A stretch of DNA of 63,951 nt, filler included, from Fonticula-like sp. SCN 57-25 (taxonomy: Eukaryota), in NCBI GenBank assembly GCA_001724245.1. It is 4 parts of 4 records of this genome, joined end to end, with 100 filler letters (N's around TTAATTAATTAA, not from the genome) between each part and the next. Parts side by side here need not be neighbours in the genome. Positions count along the whole stretch, not along the records: positions 1 to 16,222 come from MEDX01000125.1; 3 more parts are not named here. The stretch is one strand, 5' to 3'. Positions 1 to 13,812 of the stretch are shown here, in pieces. Below the pieces are notes generated by a model that saw only the letters and a list, made by a program, of their open reading frames with translations, did no database searches and was not told the origin of the DNA. Every line of letters begins with the position of its first letter. Position 1 is the stretch's first letter. The position numbers and the translations under genes were made by a program.

Positions 1-549
1 ACGCTAACGCTCGCTGGGGTGATGTAGTGCCGGTGTTGGGTTGTCAAACTATGCGCGCAATCTTGTACAGTCCAGGGCAGAGTCGGACCACGATCTGCGT
101 TCCAGTCCAGGCGCACTGGCTTCAAACAGAGGTAAATACGTGGCGAAAAGTGGGCTAGAGCAACAGCGTTGCGCTCTACCTGTGCTGTGGGCAAAGAACC
201 CAATTTAACAAAAGCCTACTACCCGCACAGTGCACGGTTATCACAGCCTTTGTTGCCAATAACGAGGAATGGGTTATGCCAATAGGCCAGTAAAACCGTC
301 TTACTCTCGGCGTGTGACAAACGAAAGAAGCTAGAATGGCCAGGGGAAAAAATTTTGAATGAAGAAGAGTGTCCTTGGCCACAAAGGGACATGCTGAAAG
401 GCAGCAAGGACGCCTTTTCATCACAAGACTACGCAGGCTTCAAGCTGTGTGCAGCAAACTCTGGAACAGCTGGGCATAATTTTTGTGGACAAGGGCCAAA
501 AGAAAAGATGACTGACAAAAGTGCAATTGAAAGCTTACAAGCTGTCCGT

Positions 550-1123
<574 letters not shown>

Positions 1124-1378
1124 TGTGATTCCTTCGGTCTTCAACGAACAAAACACAAAGAAGCCGCAGGAAAAATGTCGTCTTTTTATATGCGCCCCTG
1201 CCAGCCAATCAGCACCGACCAACATGCTGCAGCGATACAAACAATCATACGATTTACTATTCACTTTGGTCCCTGCAGCAAATACCTGATTGCTCTTTTC
1301 CCGGGAAGGCAAATCGTCGTGCAGATCCACAGGGCTGTAGCACGCGTGTTGTGTCACCATTGTGACAGGCCTGCGCAC

Positions 1379-1648
1379 ATGACGGAGAACAAGAAGCTGG
1401 CGATGGTGATCGCCGTGGGGACGCTGGCCGGAGGCGCGTACGGCTTCAAGTACATCGAGTCGTACAGGAGAACGCAGAGAGTATGCGCACTCTATAATCT
1501 CTTTGTCTTGCTGACGAGCGGCGTCGATCGGTAGCTCGACAAGATCGCGCGGCTGGAGCAGCGCAAGGCAGAACTAAAGGAGGCCATATTGGCTGCAGGA
1601 GGCACGCTACCCGAACCAGGGTCTACGAGGCGTTCCGGCGACTCATAG
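1379..1648 (+). CDS. Small single-TM coiled-coil protein, ~71 aa; join(1379..1480, 1535..1648)
   Basis: MTENKKLAMVIAVGTLAGGAYGF... A phase-0 intron (GTATGC...CTGAC...TAG) gives the in-frame continuation LDKIARLEQRKAELKEAI. Divergent from calmodulin, with CCAAT/TATA-like elements at ~1184-1213. Confidence 0.7.
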
Positions 1649-1832
1649 CCTCACTATTAGATGATATGTTTGGGTGATGCTGTGGCTTTTGCTGTTTGGG
1701 TGTACAGTGCCGTATATACTATGTGATGGTTGTACAAATGTGACAATTTTGTTGGTGCCTCGTGCCAAATGACTATAGATCAAAGTGTATTCAAATAAAA
1801 AGAAACATTACTACAACGTATATTTATGTAAA

Positions 1833-2591
1833 TTATGCAGTTTTAGCAGTCTTTTTTGACCGCTTTGGCGTAGAGACGGGGGAGGCACTCGACGCATCGA
1901 TCGAATCTTTCCGCTTCCTCTTGCCTTCCTTCTCGGGCGAGGCGAGCACTACAGCAGCGGGCAAATAAGTAAAGCGTGCTACACAGCCAAATGTATGCGC
2001 ATGTCCGTACCCGAGCCAAAAGGAATAACAGGCCTCCCGTACTTGGTGATCTGCGCATACGGCGCCTTGGCAAAGTCGTTCACCTTGGCCAGGCCATCCG
2101 AGCCGTGCGTCGCAGTATCCACCACCCGGTTCACAGAAAGGTGGCGGGCGAATTTGAGCCCTGCCGAGTACGCGCTCGACTTTTCGCTATCACGCAGGAT
2201 CGGGAAGAGACCGTCCGCCTCGAACGCGCTGGTCTCATCGCTCATTTGAAGGCAGTAGGTGCTGCTGGCCGACTCCTCCTCGCCCATCTTGTCAAACGTC
2301 CCAAGGCGAGCATTCGCAGCGGAGGCGCCGGCATCGCCCTTCAAATTCACCCGGAGCTTGAGTCCATCCAGGTCAGCAGCCGTGATCTAAAAATCGTCGC
2401 CATGGTGAGCCGAGGGACACGGGTGAGCGGATCGCGATGATTCGTACAGCAGCAGGCAAGCGAATGAGCCAAAGCTCCTTGCCGTCGACCATCTGCTTCG
2501 ACCAGCCTTCGTTCTGCACATCAGAGACCATGGAAAACCCCTCCGGCGCCGTCGCCGGCGCCGATCCCGCCGACCTCTTCGACTTTGACAT
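1833..2591 (-). CDS. RNA polymerase I subunit RPA34-like (spliced)
   Basis: KELWLIRLPA motif, then intron 2387-2447, then ITAADLDGLKL. Basic Lys/Ser-rich C-terminal tail. Confidence 0.65.
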
Positions 2592-2851
2592 CGTGCGCGT
2601 GGACTTGATCACGTGGCCACGATTCGGATTGCAGTGGTTTGCAATGGCTTCCAGCGTGGTATGAACACCAAACGGGTTCTACTTCTTCTATGGGTTTTGC
2701 TGCCTGCGCTATAGCGTTTGATGGTCAGCGATACCTTAATATATAATGTCCTGGTATCATTATGTTTGCCAGGCGAATATTGTATGATATGAATGCCTGA
2801 TCATCAATACCAAAAAAACTATTCATTGAGCAAAGCTAATATACAACGAGA

Positions 2852-3907
2852 TTATGAAAAGACGGGCTTGTACATAACGGCGGTGACGTATTTCTGGCGG
2901 TGGCGATGCGTGCTGGCGAGAACCATAACGCCGTCTCGAATGGAGAGAGCATAGAGATGGTTCAGCATGACGTTGTGCGGCACCGGCAGGACAGACGGAT
3001 CCGTCTGCGACATTGTGTCTGCGTTCAAAATAATTTTGTTCAAGTGCGGCGGAAGCATGGGCGGCTCCTTGTCCGACGGCTCGAAAACCGGCGGCTCCTT
3101 GCTGTACTCGTGGATTGTGGCTACACGCGAGAGGGTCAGTAAAGGGAGTGGATCGAGGTTGCTGGCGCGTACGAATGCTGTTGGAGGGATTAAGGTCGTC
3201 CATCACGGTCGCACACTAAACACATCACGTTAGCAAGGCACATCGCTGCGGTCACGCGAGTGTGCGTACATTGGCGACCTCGACGTAGTTGACCAGCATT
3301 CCGCGCTCGTCGATCTGGGTCGGAAGATCGGGGGACGTGCGCCATTCGCCGTCGACATTGAACCGGAACGTGTACTTTTCATCCGGCTCCAAATAAAGGA
3401 CTGTTGAAAAGTCATCGTGGCTACGGGTGAGCGGAAGCCGCGCCCAGCTGTTGAAAGTCCCGGACACCGAGACGTCCTGGCCGCCGTGCTGCCATGTGAG
3501 GACCGTGGACGTTTTCTTCGGCCGCTCTTTGAGCCCAACAGTGCCTAGAACAATACAAAAAAATGTTAAGCTAAAGCATACGAAATAAAAATAGACGCAC
3601 CCGAGCTAGAGGCGGACGACTGGAAAAGAGAGGGTGTGATCGGTGACAGGAGAGGTGAGCCAAATACAGTTGGCGTCGAGCGCCCTCGCCCGACAGGGAC
3701 TGCCGAGGACCGGCTCGCTACAGATTGAATAGGCGTTGCTTCGCTGCGAGGAGGAAGCGCAGATGCAGGGAAAGACTCGGCAGACTAGCGGGTTCAAGTT
3801 GGTCAGGGCACGGGAATTCCGCTAGACGATCGTACCTGCTTGTTCACCGGGGGCTGCGAGGTCGACGTTTCCTCGTCAGCGGCCGGTACCGATTGCGAGG
3901 AACCCAT
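2852..3907 (-). CDS. AMPK/SNF1 kinase beta subunit (spliced)
   Basis: N-terminal MGSSQS myristoylation motif, glycogen-binding domain (SGTFNSW...FRFNVDGEWR) and ASC domain (PPHL...LPVPHNVMLNHLYALSIRDGVMVL...KYVTAVMYKP). Confidence 0.93.
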
Positions 3908-4187
3908 GGTTAAAAGGCGTAGATGGGCGCGTTAAACTTGACGCGGCCAAACAAAATAATCCGCTGCGCGCCCGCAAGAGCAGGCAGAGAGACCGTCGGC
4001 GCCCGCCGGTTCGCGTCAACAATCCAAGGAAGCCCACGTGGATGAGTCCACGTGGCCGTCGACTGTTTCGAATTGCCCTGCTAGCGTGGTGTCACGGCTG
4101 CGGATCCGCGTCGCCTTGGCCGAGAGGAGGCCAGCACAGGAGGTTGTTGTCAAGTAGGGTAATTTGTTGGTATACTGCGAACCGTTC

Positions 4188-4949
4188 ATGGAAGGTGGTC
4201 CCGAGCGGGCGTTGGCATCGTCGTTCAAGGCCGCGGCCAACTCGCTCACGCAGCTCTACAAGGTACGCGAGCGTCAGCATGACTAGCGGGTTTAGTAACG
4301 CATCGCTGTGAATAGGAGAGCCTCGCTGCCCAGAAGCAGTCCTATTTATTGGGATATCAAGCAGCGCTCAATGATGTCGGCAAGCTTCTCGCCACGCCGG
4401 GCGCAACAAGCGACGATCTGCGCAAAGCCGTCGAGCTCAAGCTCGCTGAGCTTCACACAATATTGAACCCACCGCAGCAGCAGCAGCAGCAAAACCATTC
4501 AACACAGCAGCATCAGCAGCACCAAGAAGCCCAAGTATTACATCAGCAACACGTGCAGCACCAGACGCAGGCTCCGCTGAACCACCAAGATCCGGGGAGT
4601 ACGGGTCAGCCGTCGACCCCCCAAACCAGCTCCAGTACCGAGTCAATGGTATGTCTCTCATGATCGTTTTCATTTTCTCATTGGGTTGTATTAGGCGCCG
4701 TTTGACCCATTCGCTGGCCAGTCTCAGCTGAACCCGCCGAGCATGCCCGCGGCGATGCCGTTCCCCTCTGACGTTGGCTATATCCCGTGGGGCGTTGCAT
4801 CTCACTCGAACACGACATCACCAAATTCGGGCCAGAAGCGCACACGACATAGTCGTGACTATGGCGTCCAGGAATTCGGACTTTTTGGCTTTGACGGTAA
4901 TATCAAGCGCTCGCGAAACGGCCCCAACAGTGATGGCTTTATGAGCTAA
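4188..4949 (+). CDS. HAPSTR1/C16orf72-like protein with Q/H-rich region (spliced)
   Basis: SFKAAANSLTQLYK|ES...GYQAAL helical motif of this family. GTACGC intron begins at 4263. Confidence 0.7.
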
Positions 4950-5197
4950 GTATGTTTGTGATAATGTGCTTTTTATGGATGTTTATTGTAAATTATTTGA
5001 GGCGCAGCTTGTTTTTGCCGCGCGCCAGTACCACAATGACAATAGATTCTGAGCTGACAGCGAGGGACCCACGATATACCGCGCACGCCTGGCCCATGCC
5101 GTGTGTGATCACCGTTATGGTGGGATTATAAAATCGCTGTTTTTCAACCAATCAGAGCATCAAGAACGCGACCTCGCAGGAACTGGAGCGGCGGGCC

Positions 5198-8100
5198 ATG
5201 GCGACATTGGACGTGCGTGATAGCCAAAAGCTATACTTTTGTATTCGGATGGCTCAGCCCTGCCTTTTACGTTGCTTGCTTACACTTTTTCCGTGTTTTA
5301 TCAGCTTGCCCCAGGAAGCCTGGTGTGGGTCGCACACGATAAGGCCAAGTCCGACTTTGTTGACGCGACCGTCGTTGGCTCGGCGGCGAACACCGTAGAG
5401 GTGCAGCTGATCGGCAATGATGTACGGGCTTTGGCCATTGTTTCTCGGTTTTCTAATAAAATATGTGCAGGAGCTATTGAAAGTGCCGCGTGCCAATGTC
5501 AAGGTGATGCACGTGTCGTCGAGGGATGGCGTGGCCGACATGACCCATCTTGCCGATCTCTCGGAAGGATCGCTGCTGCGTAATCTGCGCCTCCGCTACG
5601 AAAAGGACACCATCTACGTGCGTAGGACACATTAACATGAGCTTTTGTCTAACTGGCGGGTGCAATAGACATACACTGGCACGATCTTGGTGGCCGTGAA
5701 CCCGTACAAGTCGGTCCCGATCTACGGGCAGAGCATCGTCAACAAGTACACCAAAGACAAGCTCGGCGTTCTCCCGCCGCACATTTTTGCCGTGGCGAAT
5801 GACGCGTACGAGTCTCTGATGCGGCAGCCCACCAAGCCCCGCGCGATTCTTATCAGGTACGCCCCTCGTACCCCTTTTACCGGCCCGTTAACATTCTGTT
5901 TGCAGTGGCGAGTCGGGCGCCGGCAAGACGGAATCGACCAAGCTAATTTTGAATCATTTGACGCACTTGTCGGGCGCGCACTCGCACATTGAACAAATTT
6001 TGGTCGAGTCGTCGCCTATTCTAGAGGCATTTGGAAACGCTCGCACCTCGATCAACGACAACTCGAGTCGTTTCGTACGCATCAGCCTCCCCTTTTTAGC
6101 CATGCCGTGCTCGGTTCTTACCGGTGTTATTTCAGGGTAAATACATGGAAGTATTCTTCTCGCCTTCGGGAAAGATTATTGGTGGCCGCATTTCGGAATG
6201 TACGCTTATTTCTCTTGTCCCTTATTTTTTTTGGGTTTCTGTGGGCAACACGAAGGCAGATATCTATAGTCACGAGGTTCTGTTGATACTTTTGCCCTAT
6301 ATTCATATCTCACTTGTGAGAGCCGATGGCATATCACCGCGGCTTGCATAGTCCTGCAGCCGTCGGTACTACACCGCCGGACAACCCTTTTTCTCTTTAC
6401 ACTTCCTCTTCTCTCCACTAACACGCGTGCCCAGATTTGCTTGAAAAGACGCGCATCGTCAAGCAGCCCAAGGTTGATCGCAATTACCACATTTTCTACG
6501 AGTTGCTCCACGGCGCGCCCGATGCGCTCAAGACGCAGCTCAAGCTCAAGACGCCAAAGGACTACGTGTACCTGAGCCAGAGCAACCTCACCATTGTCGC
6601 GCCGGCCGACGACGCCAAGGCGTTCAAGAACGTTTCGGTACGCTCGCGCCTTTCGTTTGTGGTCATATCTAACACCCTCGACTAGTCTGCGATGCTGGTC
6701 AACGGCTTTTCAGAGGAGGAGCAGCTCGATATTTTCCGCATTGTGGCCGCCGTGCTTCATCTCGGCAACGTCACCTACACGGTGGACGACAAGGACAACA
6801 TTTCGATTGGCAACCAGCAAGGTACCGTCTCGCATGCTATTTTATGCTAGTGCCTAACGCGGCTACCCCAGATCTTGCATTTATTGCGAGCCTGCTGTCT
6901 GTGCCGGCCGACCAGTTGGAGCGCGCGCTGACCTTTACCCGCATCAAGACGGGCAAGGAGTACGTGGAGAAGAAGAATACGGTTGTGCAGGCCGAGAGCA
7001 CGCGCGAGACGCTCGCCAAGACGCTCTACACGCGCCTCTTCCGCCACATCGTGTCCAGCATCAACAATGCCATGGCGCTGCGCCGGTCCAAGCTCGAGGA
7101 GGAGTATGGCGAGACGAACGAGGATTCGGGCCAGCCTTCGGTCGGCGTGCTCGATATTTTTGGCTTTGAGGTGGTCGAGGTGCGCTGCTAGGCTAATTTT
7201 TTGATACGGGAGATTAACACGAATGTTTTCGCCGTGTGTAGAACAATAGCTTTGAGCAGTTTTGCATCAACCTGGCCAACGAGACTCTGCAGTCCTACTT
7301 TAACGAGCACATTTTCCGCATGGAGCAGGAGGAGTACGCGCGCGAGAATATCACGTGGGAGCGCATCACGTACTCTGACAACGAGACGTGCCTCAACCTG
7401 CTCTACAAGGTGCGTGGAGATACCCCTGTTGCTTGTAGCTGACACACTAGCGCAGGACAAGCTTTCCCTTCTCAGTCTTCTTGACGAGGAGAGCACGTTC
7501 CCTTCTGCCACGGACGACACGCTCCTGCAAAAGTTTGTCGACAACGTGGGCACGAGCCCCGCGTTCTCAAAGTCGCAGAGCAAGAGCAAGGACTTTACCG
7601 TGGTTCACTACGCCGGCAGGGTCACGTACGGCACCGTCGGCTTTTTGGAGAAGAACCAGGACGCGCTCACCGACTCGCTCGTCTCCCTCTTCAACACCTG
7701 CACGAGCACGTTCATTACCAACTGGTTTGCGCGCAACGACGCGGCCGAGGCTGCGGCGTCGCGCGGCACGCTTAGGCGCGCCAACAAGCCGCCGACCGTC
7801 GGCGGGCAGTTCAAGGTGCGTGATTTTCTTTACTCGCACCTTTTGCTTACATATTTGCTTTTCAGGACTCGCTTGGCGAGCTGATGAAGACGCTTGAGCG
7901 CAGCGAGCCGTACTTTGTTCGCTGCATCAAGCCGAATGCCAACAAGGTGGCGAACCGCTTTGACGCGAGCATTGTCCTTTCGCAGCTGCGCTACACCGGC
8001 ATGCTCGAGACCATCCGCATTCGCAGCCTCGGCTACGCGCTTCGCCAGACGTTTGACGAGTTTTACGGGCGCTACTACATTGTCAAGCGCGGCAACATGT

Positions 8101-11100
8101 CCGATCTGCGGACCTCTTGCACGAGCATTCTCGAGTCCCTGCGCCTGACATCCAAGGACTACCAAATCGGCAAAACGATGGTGTTTGTGCGCAACGATGC
8201 GTCCAGGCAGCTCGAGCACCGCCGCTCCATCGCCGTTAATAGTGCTGGGCGCAAGATCGCGACCTTCCTCAAAATGGTCATTCAGCGCAAGCAGTACCTC
8301 GCAACGCGCAAGGCCGCCATTCGCATCCAGTCGGTCATCCGCGGCGCGCTCTCCCGCTTCCACTACCAGTACACGCGCGAGTGCGTCCTGGACATTCAGC
8401 GCATGTACCGCGGTCATCTCGCCCGCCGTCGCTTGCGCGAGATCAGGCAGGCGGTGCCGCGCGTCGTCAGCGGTACGACCACGCCGCTCCCCCCTCTATG
8501 ATCGGCTCACCTGACTTTTTTGTAGCTTTCCGCCGCCGTGCGAGCCGCCTCATTCTGCTCGAGCGCAAGATCACGTTTGACGCGACGCACGAGCAGCGCG
8601 CCAAGGAGGAGGCCGCCCGTGCCACCGAGGGCGGCAGCGGGGACGGGACGGATCGCCTGAAGCGCCAGGTCGAGCTTGCCGAGAACCCTGGGTTCAAAAT
8701 CATTGGCCTGGCTCAGGAGCTGGAGGCGGAAGGAAAGAGCGCGCTCGACATCTTTGACCCGGAGAACGCGTTTGCGTTTGTCAAGTTTGTCTCTACGTAC
8801 TTTAGGGCGGGCAGCACCGCGTCATACGTCGATGTGCGTGCTCGCTTTTGAATCTGCTTGTACTCACCCGTAATGGCTAGACACCGCTGCAGAACCCGCT
8901 TCTTGCAAAGATGACGCCGCTTGAGGAGACGTATGCGCTGCAGTTGAGCTCACGTACGGGACATTTGTGCCTTTTTCGCGCTTTGCTAACGTCGCATAGT
9001 TGTCCGCTCTTTTATGTCTTCGATGGAGAACGGCCGCTTTGAGGAGAGCCGTAACACGCTGCAGACCATGGTCGACGTCGTCGGCCGGTCGCAGAAGCTT
9101 TCTGACGAGCTCCTTTGCCTAGTGATCAAGCAGACAAACTACAACCCGTCAAAGTACGCTGTTCATTTGCCTTTAAAATGCTGTGCTGACACGCGGTTCC
9201 CAAGGTATAACGCGCTTGCTGGCTGGCAGCTGCTGGCTCTCCTGCTCCCTGTCTTCCCGCCGTCCGAGAACCTCAGCAACTATGTCAGGAACTACATTGT
9301 GACGCGCGGTGTGAACGGCTACGCGTCGTACTGCGAGTCGATCCTGCTCCATGCGCTTACCTCTGGCCGCCGCCGGCAGTACGCCCGTCGTCTTTGCTTC
9401 TCGCGGCCATGCTAACTTTGCCTTTTCAGATCGCCGACGCAGCTCGAGTGCGATGCGGTGACCGACCGCCGCAAGATCAACCTGCAGGTCCGCGCCGTGG
9501 ACCGCGCCGAGCCTGTTACATTTGAGGTGGACGGCGCGCTGCTCACGAGCGACCTCGTACGTGAGGTGACCGAGATCCTCGGGCTCCCGCACATCGCCGG
9601 CTATGGCATCGAGCTGAACCGTGCGTGTTTTTACTTTTGTTTCTTATGACTGAATGGCCGCTTGCAGACAACCTGATGTCGGAGGACTCGCACGTGTTTG
9701 ACGCCATCCGCGTTGCCGAGAAGAGCGGCGCGCCCGTCGTGCTCGCCTTCCGCCGCGCGCACCTTCACCCGGAAGCCAAGTGCGACGACGAGGCATGCCA
9801 TTCGTACACCATCGCGCAGATCCGCACGGACGTGCTCAGCAGCTTTGTCGACGTCCCGCTCAAGGACGCGCTGACGTTGGTGGCGCTCCAGTTCCTCCTC
9901 TCGGGCGCCCTCCCCGAGCGGCTGAGCGACCTCTCGCTCGCGAGCGAGCTGCCGACGGCGCTGTACGAGCGCAACGAAAAGCTGGCCATGATCAGCGACC
10001 TGCGCGAGATCTTTGACGCCCTGTTTGCCGAGCACCTCTCGTCGCCCGAGCTCCGCAACCGCTTCATCAAGGTTGCCCAAGGCTGGCCGCTCTACTTTGG
10101 CCATGTGTTCAAGGCCAAGCAGCTGGACGGCACGCCGCTGTCCAAGACGACGACCGAGCACTATTTCCTCGTCAACGTGCTGGGCCTGGAGGCCTTCCGC
10201 ATGTCAGAGGGCGGTCGCCGTGTCATTCTCGGCACATTCACGTACAACGAAATCACGGACCTTGTCACCAAGGGCGATATTCTGACCGTGTCCGTTGCCG
10301 GGCGCGCGAGCTCGTTCGAGTGCGATGCGTCGACGATCAAGACGCTCATCAACGAGTACATGGTCCACCTCATGTCGCAGGCGACTGTTTGCGTGGCCGT
10401 CAGCGACCACCAGGTAAGCGACGCCGACCTCCTCAGCTTTACCAAGGGCTCGCTCATCCACATCATCCGCGAGGGCGAGAGCTCGGACGGGTGGGGCAAG
10501 GGCGAGTTTAATGGACAGGTGGGCCAGTTCCCGTGGAACCGCGTGGCGCCCCTCGTGGGCCAGACGCAGCCGTCGACCAAGGAGGCGCTCGCGTTCCAAA
10601 TCCTGCTCCGCTCCTCCTCGCATCTCTCCCGCAGCGAGCTCATGAGCGTGCTGGACCCGTCACGGCCCTCGCACGCGCAGCGCGGCTCCGACTCGTCGAT
10701 GGGCAGCTTTGCGTCCGACTCGTCGTCGGCCAAGGCTCTGCCGCCGATCAGCGAGGCGGAGGTCGCTCCGCCCGCCGCTGCCGGCCCCGCTGCGCTGGAC
10801 GAGCGGTTCAACTTTTACGAGTACGCCCGCAAGTACTTTGCGGTGCCCAAGCGGTCCAAGGGGACGCTCACGTCGCGGATTCTCGGCCGGAACGGGACAC
10901 TGCGCGGGAAGCGCGGCTCGATCATGATGTCGGCGTCGGGCACGCTGCGCGCCGTGGACCCGCAGGCCATCATTGCTCTGAGCACCAGCAAGCTGGACGC
11001 CAAGATTGGGCCCGACGAGATCCTGCCCGAGGAGGTGTGCTTCTCGGCCGAGGCGCTCACCAAGCCGCTTCTTCGCGCCACCGAGGGCAAGAAGCACGCC

Positions 11101-12491
11101 AAGCTGGCGCTGTCGCTCAACCAGGCCATCTTGCGCTGCATGGGCGACTACCCTAGCAAGCGCGACTGGAAGGAGCACGCGGGCGCCATCATCGAAGAAT
11201 CCATCGAGACGCCCGAGCTCCGCGACGAGATGTTTGCGCAAATCATCAGGCAGCTCATCAACAACCGCCGCCGCGACTCGTGCGAGCGCGGGTGGTGGCT
11301 GCTCAGCCTCGCCGTGGGCTGCGTGTTCCCGTCGCCGACGCTGCAGCCTTTCCTGCACCAATTTTTGCTGCAGACGGCCGCGCGGACGCCCGTGTACAAG
11401 GAGGTTGCGCTCTCGTGCGCCGCTCGCCTGGACCGCACGCGCGGCAACGGCATGCGCCGCCATCCGCCCATCCAGGCCGAGTTTGACGGCGTCACGTCCA
11501 ACATCCTGCTGGCCATCAAGGTGTACTTCCCCGACGACTCGTCGCGCTCGTTCGCGGTGGACAGCGGGACGCTCGCCGGTGAGCTCATCCGCAAGATCGT
11601 CAAGAAGCTCGACAGCGAGATGCACTACTTCCAGGGCTGCGCGCTCTACCTCGTTGCCGACGCGTACCAGATCTGCATCCCGCACAAGATGCACCTGTTT
11701 GATGCCATGTCCGAGGCCGCGATGACGCCGCAGACGTGCAAGGTGTACTTTAAGAAGAAGATCTGGCTCGGGACCGAGGGCACGTCGTCGGACCCGCTCA
11801 ACAACCTGCTCTACTACCAGTTCCTGCCGGGCTACCTCCATGGCATGGTGTCGTGCAATTCGCCCAGCACGGAGGAGCGCCTCAAGCAGGTCACCTACCT
11901 CGCGGCCCTGCAGTACAAGGCCAACGGCGACGACCAGCGCAAGAGCAGCAGCCATTCGTACGCGCTTTGTGTATTTTACGTGTTTTTTACTTACGTATTG
12001 CTTCCAGCGACCTCTTCAAGACGTATATTCCTGCAAAGGAGTACGGCCTTCGCTCGCCGGACGAGTGGACCAAGGCCGTCTTGTCGACGTACACGGCAGA
12101 GATTAGCGGCAAGACGCCGGCGCAGGCCAAGGCGCTCTGCATCGAGCTCGTGAACAAGTGGCCCTTCCACGGGTCGTCCTTCTTCTCGGTCAAGCAGACA
12201 TTCAACCCGTCGCATCCCGAGAACGCCACGCTGGCCATCAACGTGCGCGGCATTTTCATCCTGCACCCGACCACGTCCGTCCCGCTGCTGTCGATCAAGA
12301 TCGGCGAGATCGCCACGTGGACAAGTGGGCCGCGCTTCTTTAGCATCAAGGTGCACGACCTCCTCGCCGGCGAAAAGTATACTTTTACTACGTCGTCTGG
12401 CGAAGAGATCGCAGACCTGCTGGAGGAGTACATCCATGCACTCGTCGAGGCCAAGAAGGCTGTCGAAGGATCGCCGGTTCCCAAAAGGTAA
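5198..12491 (+). CDS. Unconventional MyTH4-FERM myosin (motor, IQ, MyTH4-FERM, SH3, MyTH4-FERM; myosin VII/22-like), multi-exon
   Basis: VAVNPYK, P-loop [39 protein letters not shown] motifs, SH3 (LLSFTKG...GWGKG...GQFP) and MyTH4 ([13 protein letters not shown]...GWWLL). Many short GT-AG introns. Confidence 0.95.
6241..6386 (+). ncRNA. Intronic box H/ACA (sca)RNA, predicted guide for U2 snRNA psi41 and psi39 (SCARNA4/ACA26-like)
   Basis: Two hairpins inside the unusually long 236-nt myosin intron 6200-6435. Pocket strands GATACT (6285-6290) and TACTACAC (6367-6374) are complementary to U2 GUGUAGUAUC. ATA (6299) and ACA (6381) each lie 14 nt after the pocket start. Confidence 0.75.
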
Positions 12492-12816
12492 CCGGGCTTC
12501 TTCTTAGTAGTTTTTTGAACACCCTGTATTCATTTCTTTCGCTTTTTATTTGTGATTATATTTTGATTATCTCTACCATATTTTATATAATGCATGCCCG
12601 CCCCTATCGCACCTTGGCCACTTTCGCCAAAAACTGCATGCAATCCGGATCGGGGTTCGATCGCGATTCAAATTTGTAATAATCCCGATGTTGACCCGGG
12701 ATAATGAAAAATCAGACACTCGGGACCGGGTTTTATTCAGCGGTCCGGATCTATTTGTGCAAGTTTATAAAAGTGGCCGTCGGGTAGCGCGTGCACATTA
12801 GATTTCCCTCGACACG

Positions 12817-13812
12817 ATGCCGTCCGTCCTCACGACGATCTTTGGAGGCCTGCTCGCGGGCTCCAGCGCGACGGGGCTTATGCTCTCGGTCGGCCAGGTG
12901 GCCGGGATGAGCGGCATGCTCTACGGCGTGCTTACCCAGACGCCCGGTGACTGGATCTGGAAGGCCGTGTACACTGCTGGCGTGGCGGCATCGGCGCTCA
13001 TGCTCAAGTATGCTGGCCTGGGCGCCGCCGCGTGGAATTTTGCCGGCCCCTGGTCGGTCATCGCGGCGTCGGGATTCCTTGTCGGCTTCGGTGTTACGCT
13101 CGGCAACGGCTGCCCGTCGGGCCACGGCATCTGCGGCCTGCCGCGCTTTTCTCCCCGCTCCTTTGCCGCTGTCGGCACGTTCTTTAGCGTTGCGGCGGTG
13201 GTCGCCAATGTGGTCGGCCCGGACACGTCGACGGTTGCCATTCTCGCCACCGCGGCAGCCGCCACGGCGGTGGGCGTGGTCGTCCGCCTTAACCAGAGCA
13301 AGAACCAGCCTCGCATCCGCGTGGCGCCCCCGCCCGAGCAGCAGGTCAGTTCGCCCGTGCAGCTGGCTACCGTCTTTGTGCTGGCCGCCCTCTTTGGCAC
13401 CGGACTCATCGTCGGCGGCATGGCCAACCCCGGCACCGTCAAGCACTTTTTGAAGCTCGACGGCGAGTGGGACGAGTCGCTCTTTTACTTCCTCACGTCT
13501 GCCCTCGCCAGCTCCTTCATCGGTTTCCAAATGGTCAAGAAGCAGGATAAGCCGGCGCTCGCGTGCAAGCATGTCCTGCCGACGTCCAGCGTGATCACGC
13601 CCGAGCTCGTTGTCGGGGCGGCGCTCTTTGGAATTGGCTGGGGGCTGCAGGGCGTGTGCCCCGGCCCGGCCATCATTGCGCTTGCTAACATGAGCGAGTC
13701 AACTGTCATCTACTGGGCGGGCCTCCTCGTCGGCATGAGCACGCACTATATCGTGGACGAGGTCGGCATCGACTTTGGAATCCGGCGGGCGCTCTACCTC
13801 AAGAAGGAATAG
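12817..13812 (+). CDS. YeeE/YedE family sulfur (thiosulfate) transport membrane protein, two-domain fusion
   Basis: LVGFGVTLGNGCPSGHGICG and LFGIGWGLQGVCPGP motifs. Multiple TM helices, no introns. Confidence 0.88.
   Translation: MPSVLTTIFGGLLAGSSATGLMLSVGQVAGMSGMLYGVLTQTPGDWIWKAVYTAGVAASALMLKYAGLGAAAWNFAGPWSVIAASGFLVGFGVTLGNGCPSGHGICGLPRFSPRSFAAVGTFFSVAAVVANVVGPDTSTVAILATAAAATAVGVVVRLNQSKNQPRIRVAPPPEQQVSSPVQLATVFVLAALFGTGLIVGGMANPGTVKHFLKLDGEWDESLFYFLTSALASSFIGFQMVKKQDKPALACKHVLPTSSVITPELVVGAALFGIGWGLQGVCPGPAIIALANMSESTVIYWAGLLVGMSTHYIVDEVGIDFGIRRALYLKKE

Noticed and set aside
4470-4570. CAG repeat tract
   Set aside because: Ordinary coding poly-Q/H low-complexity region.
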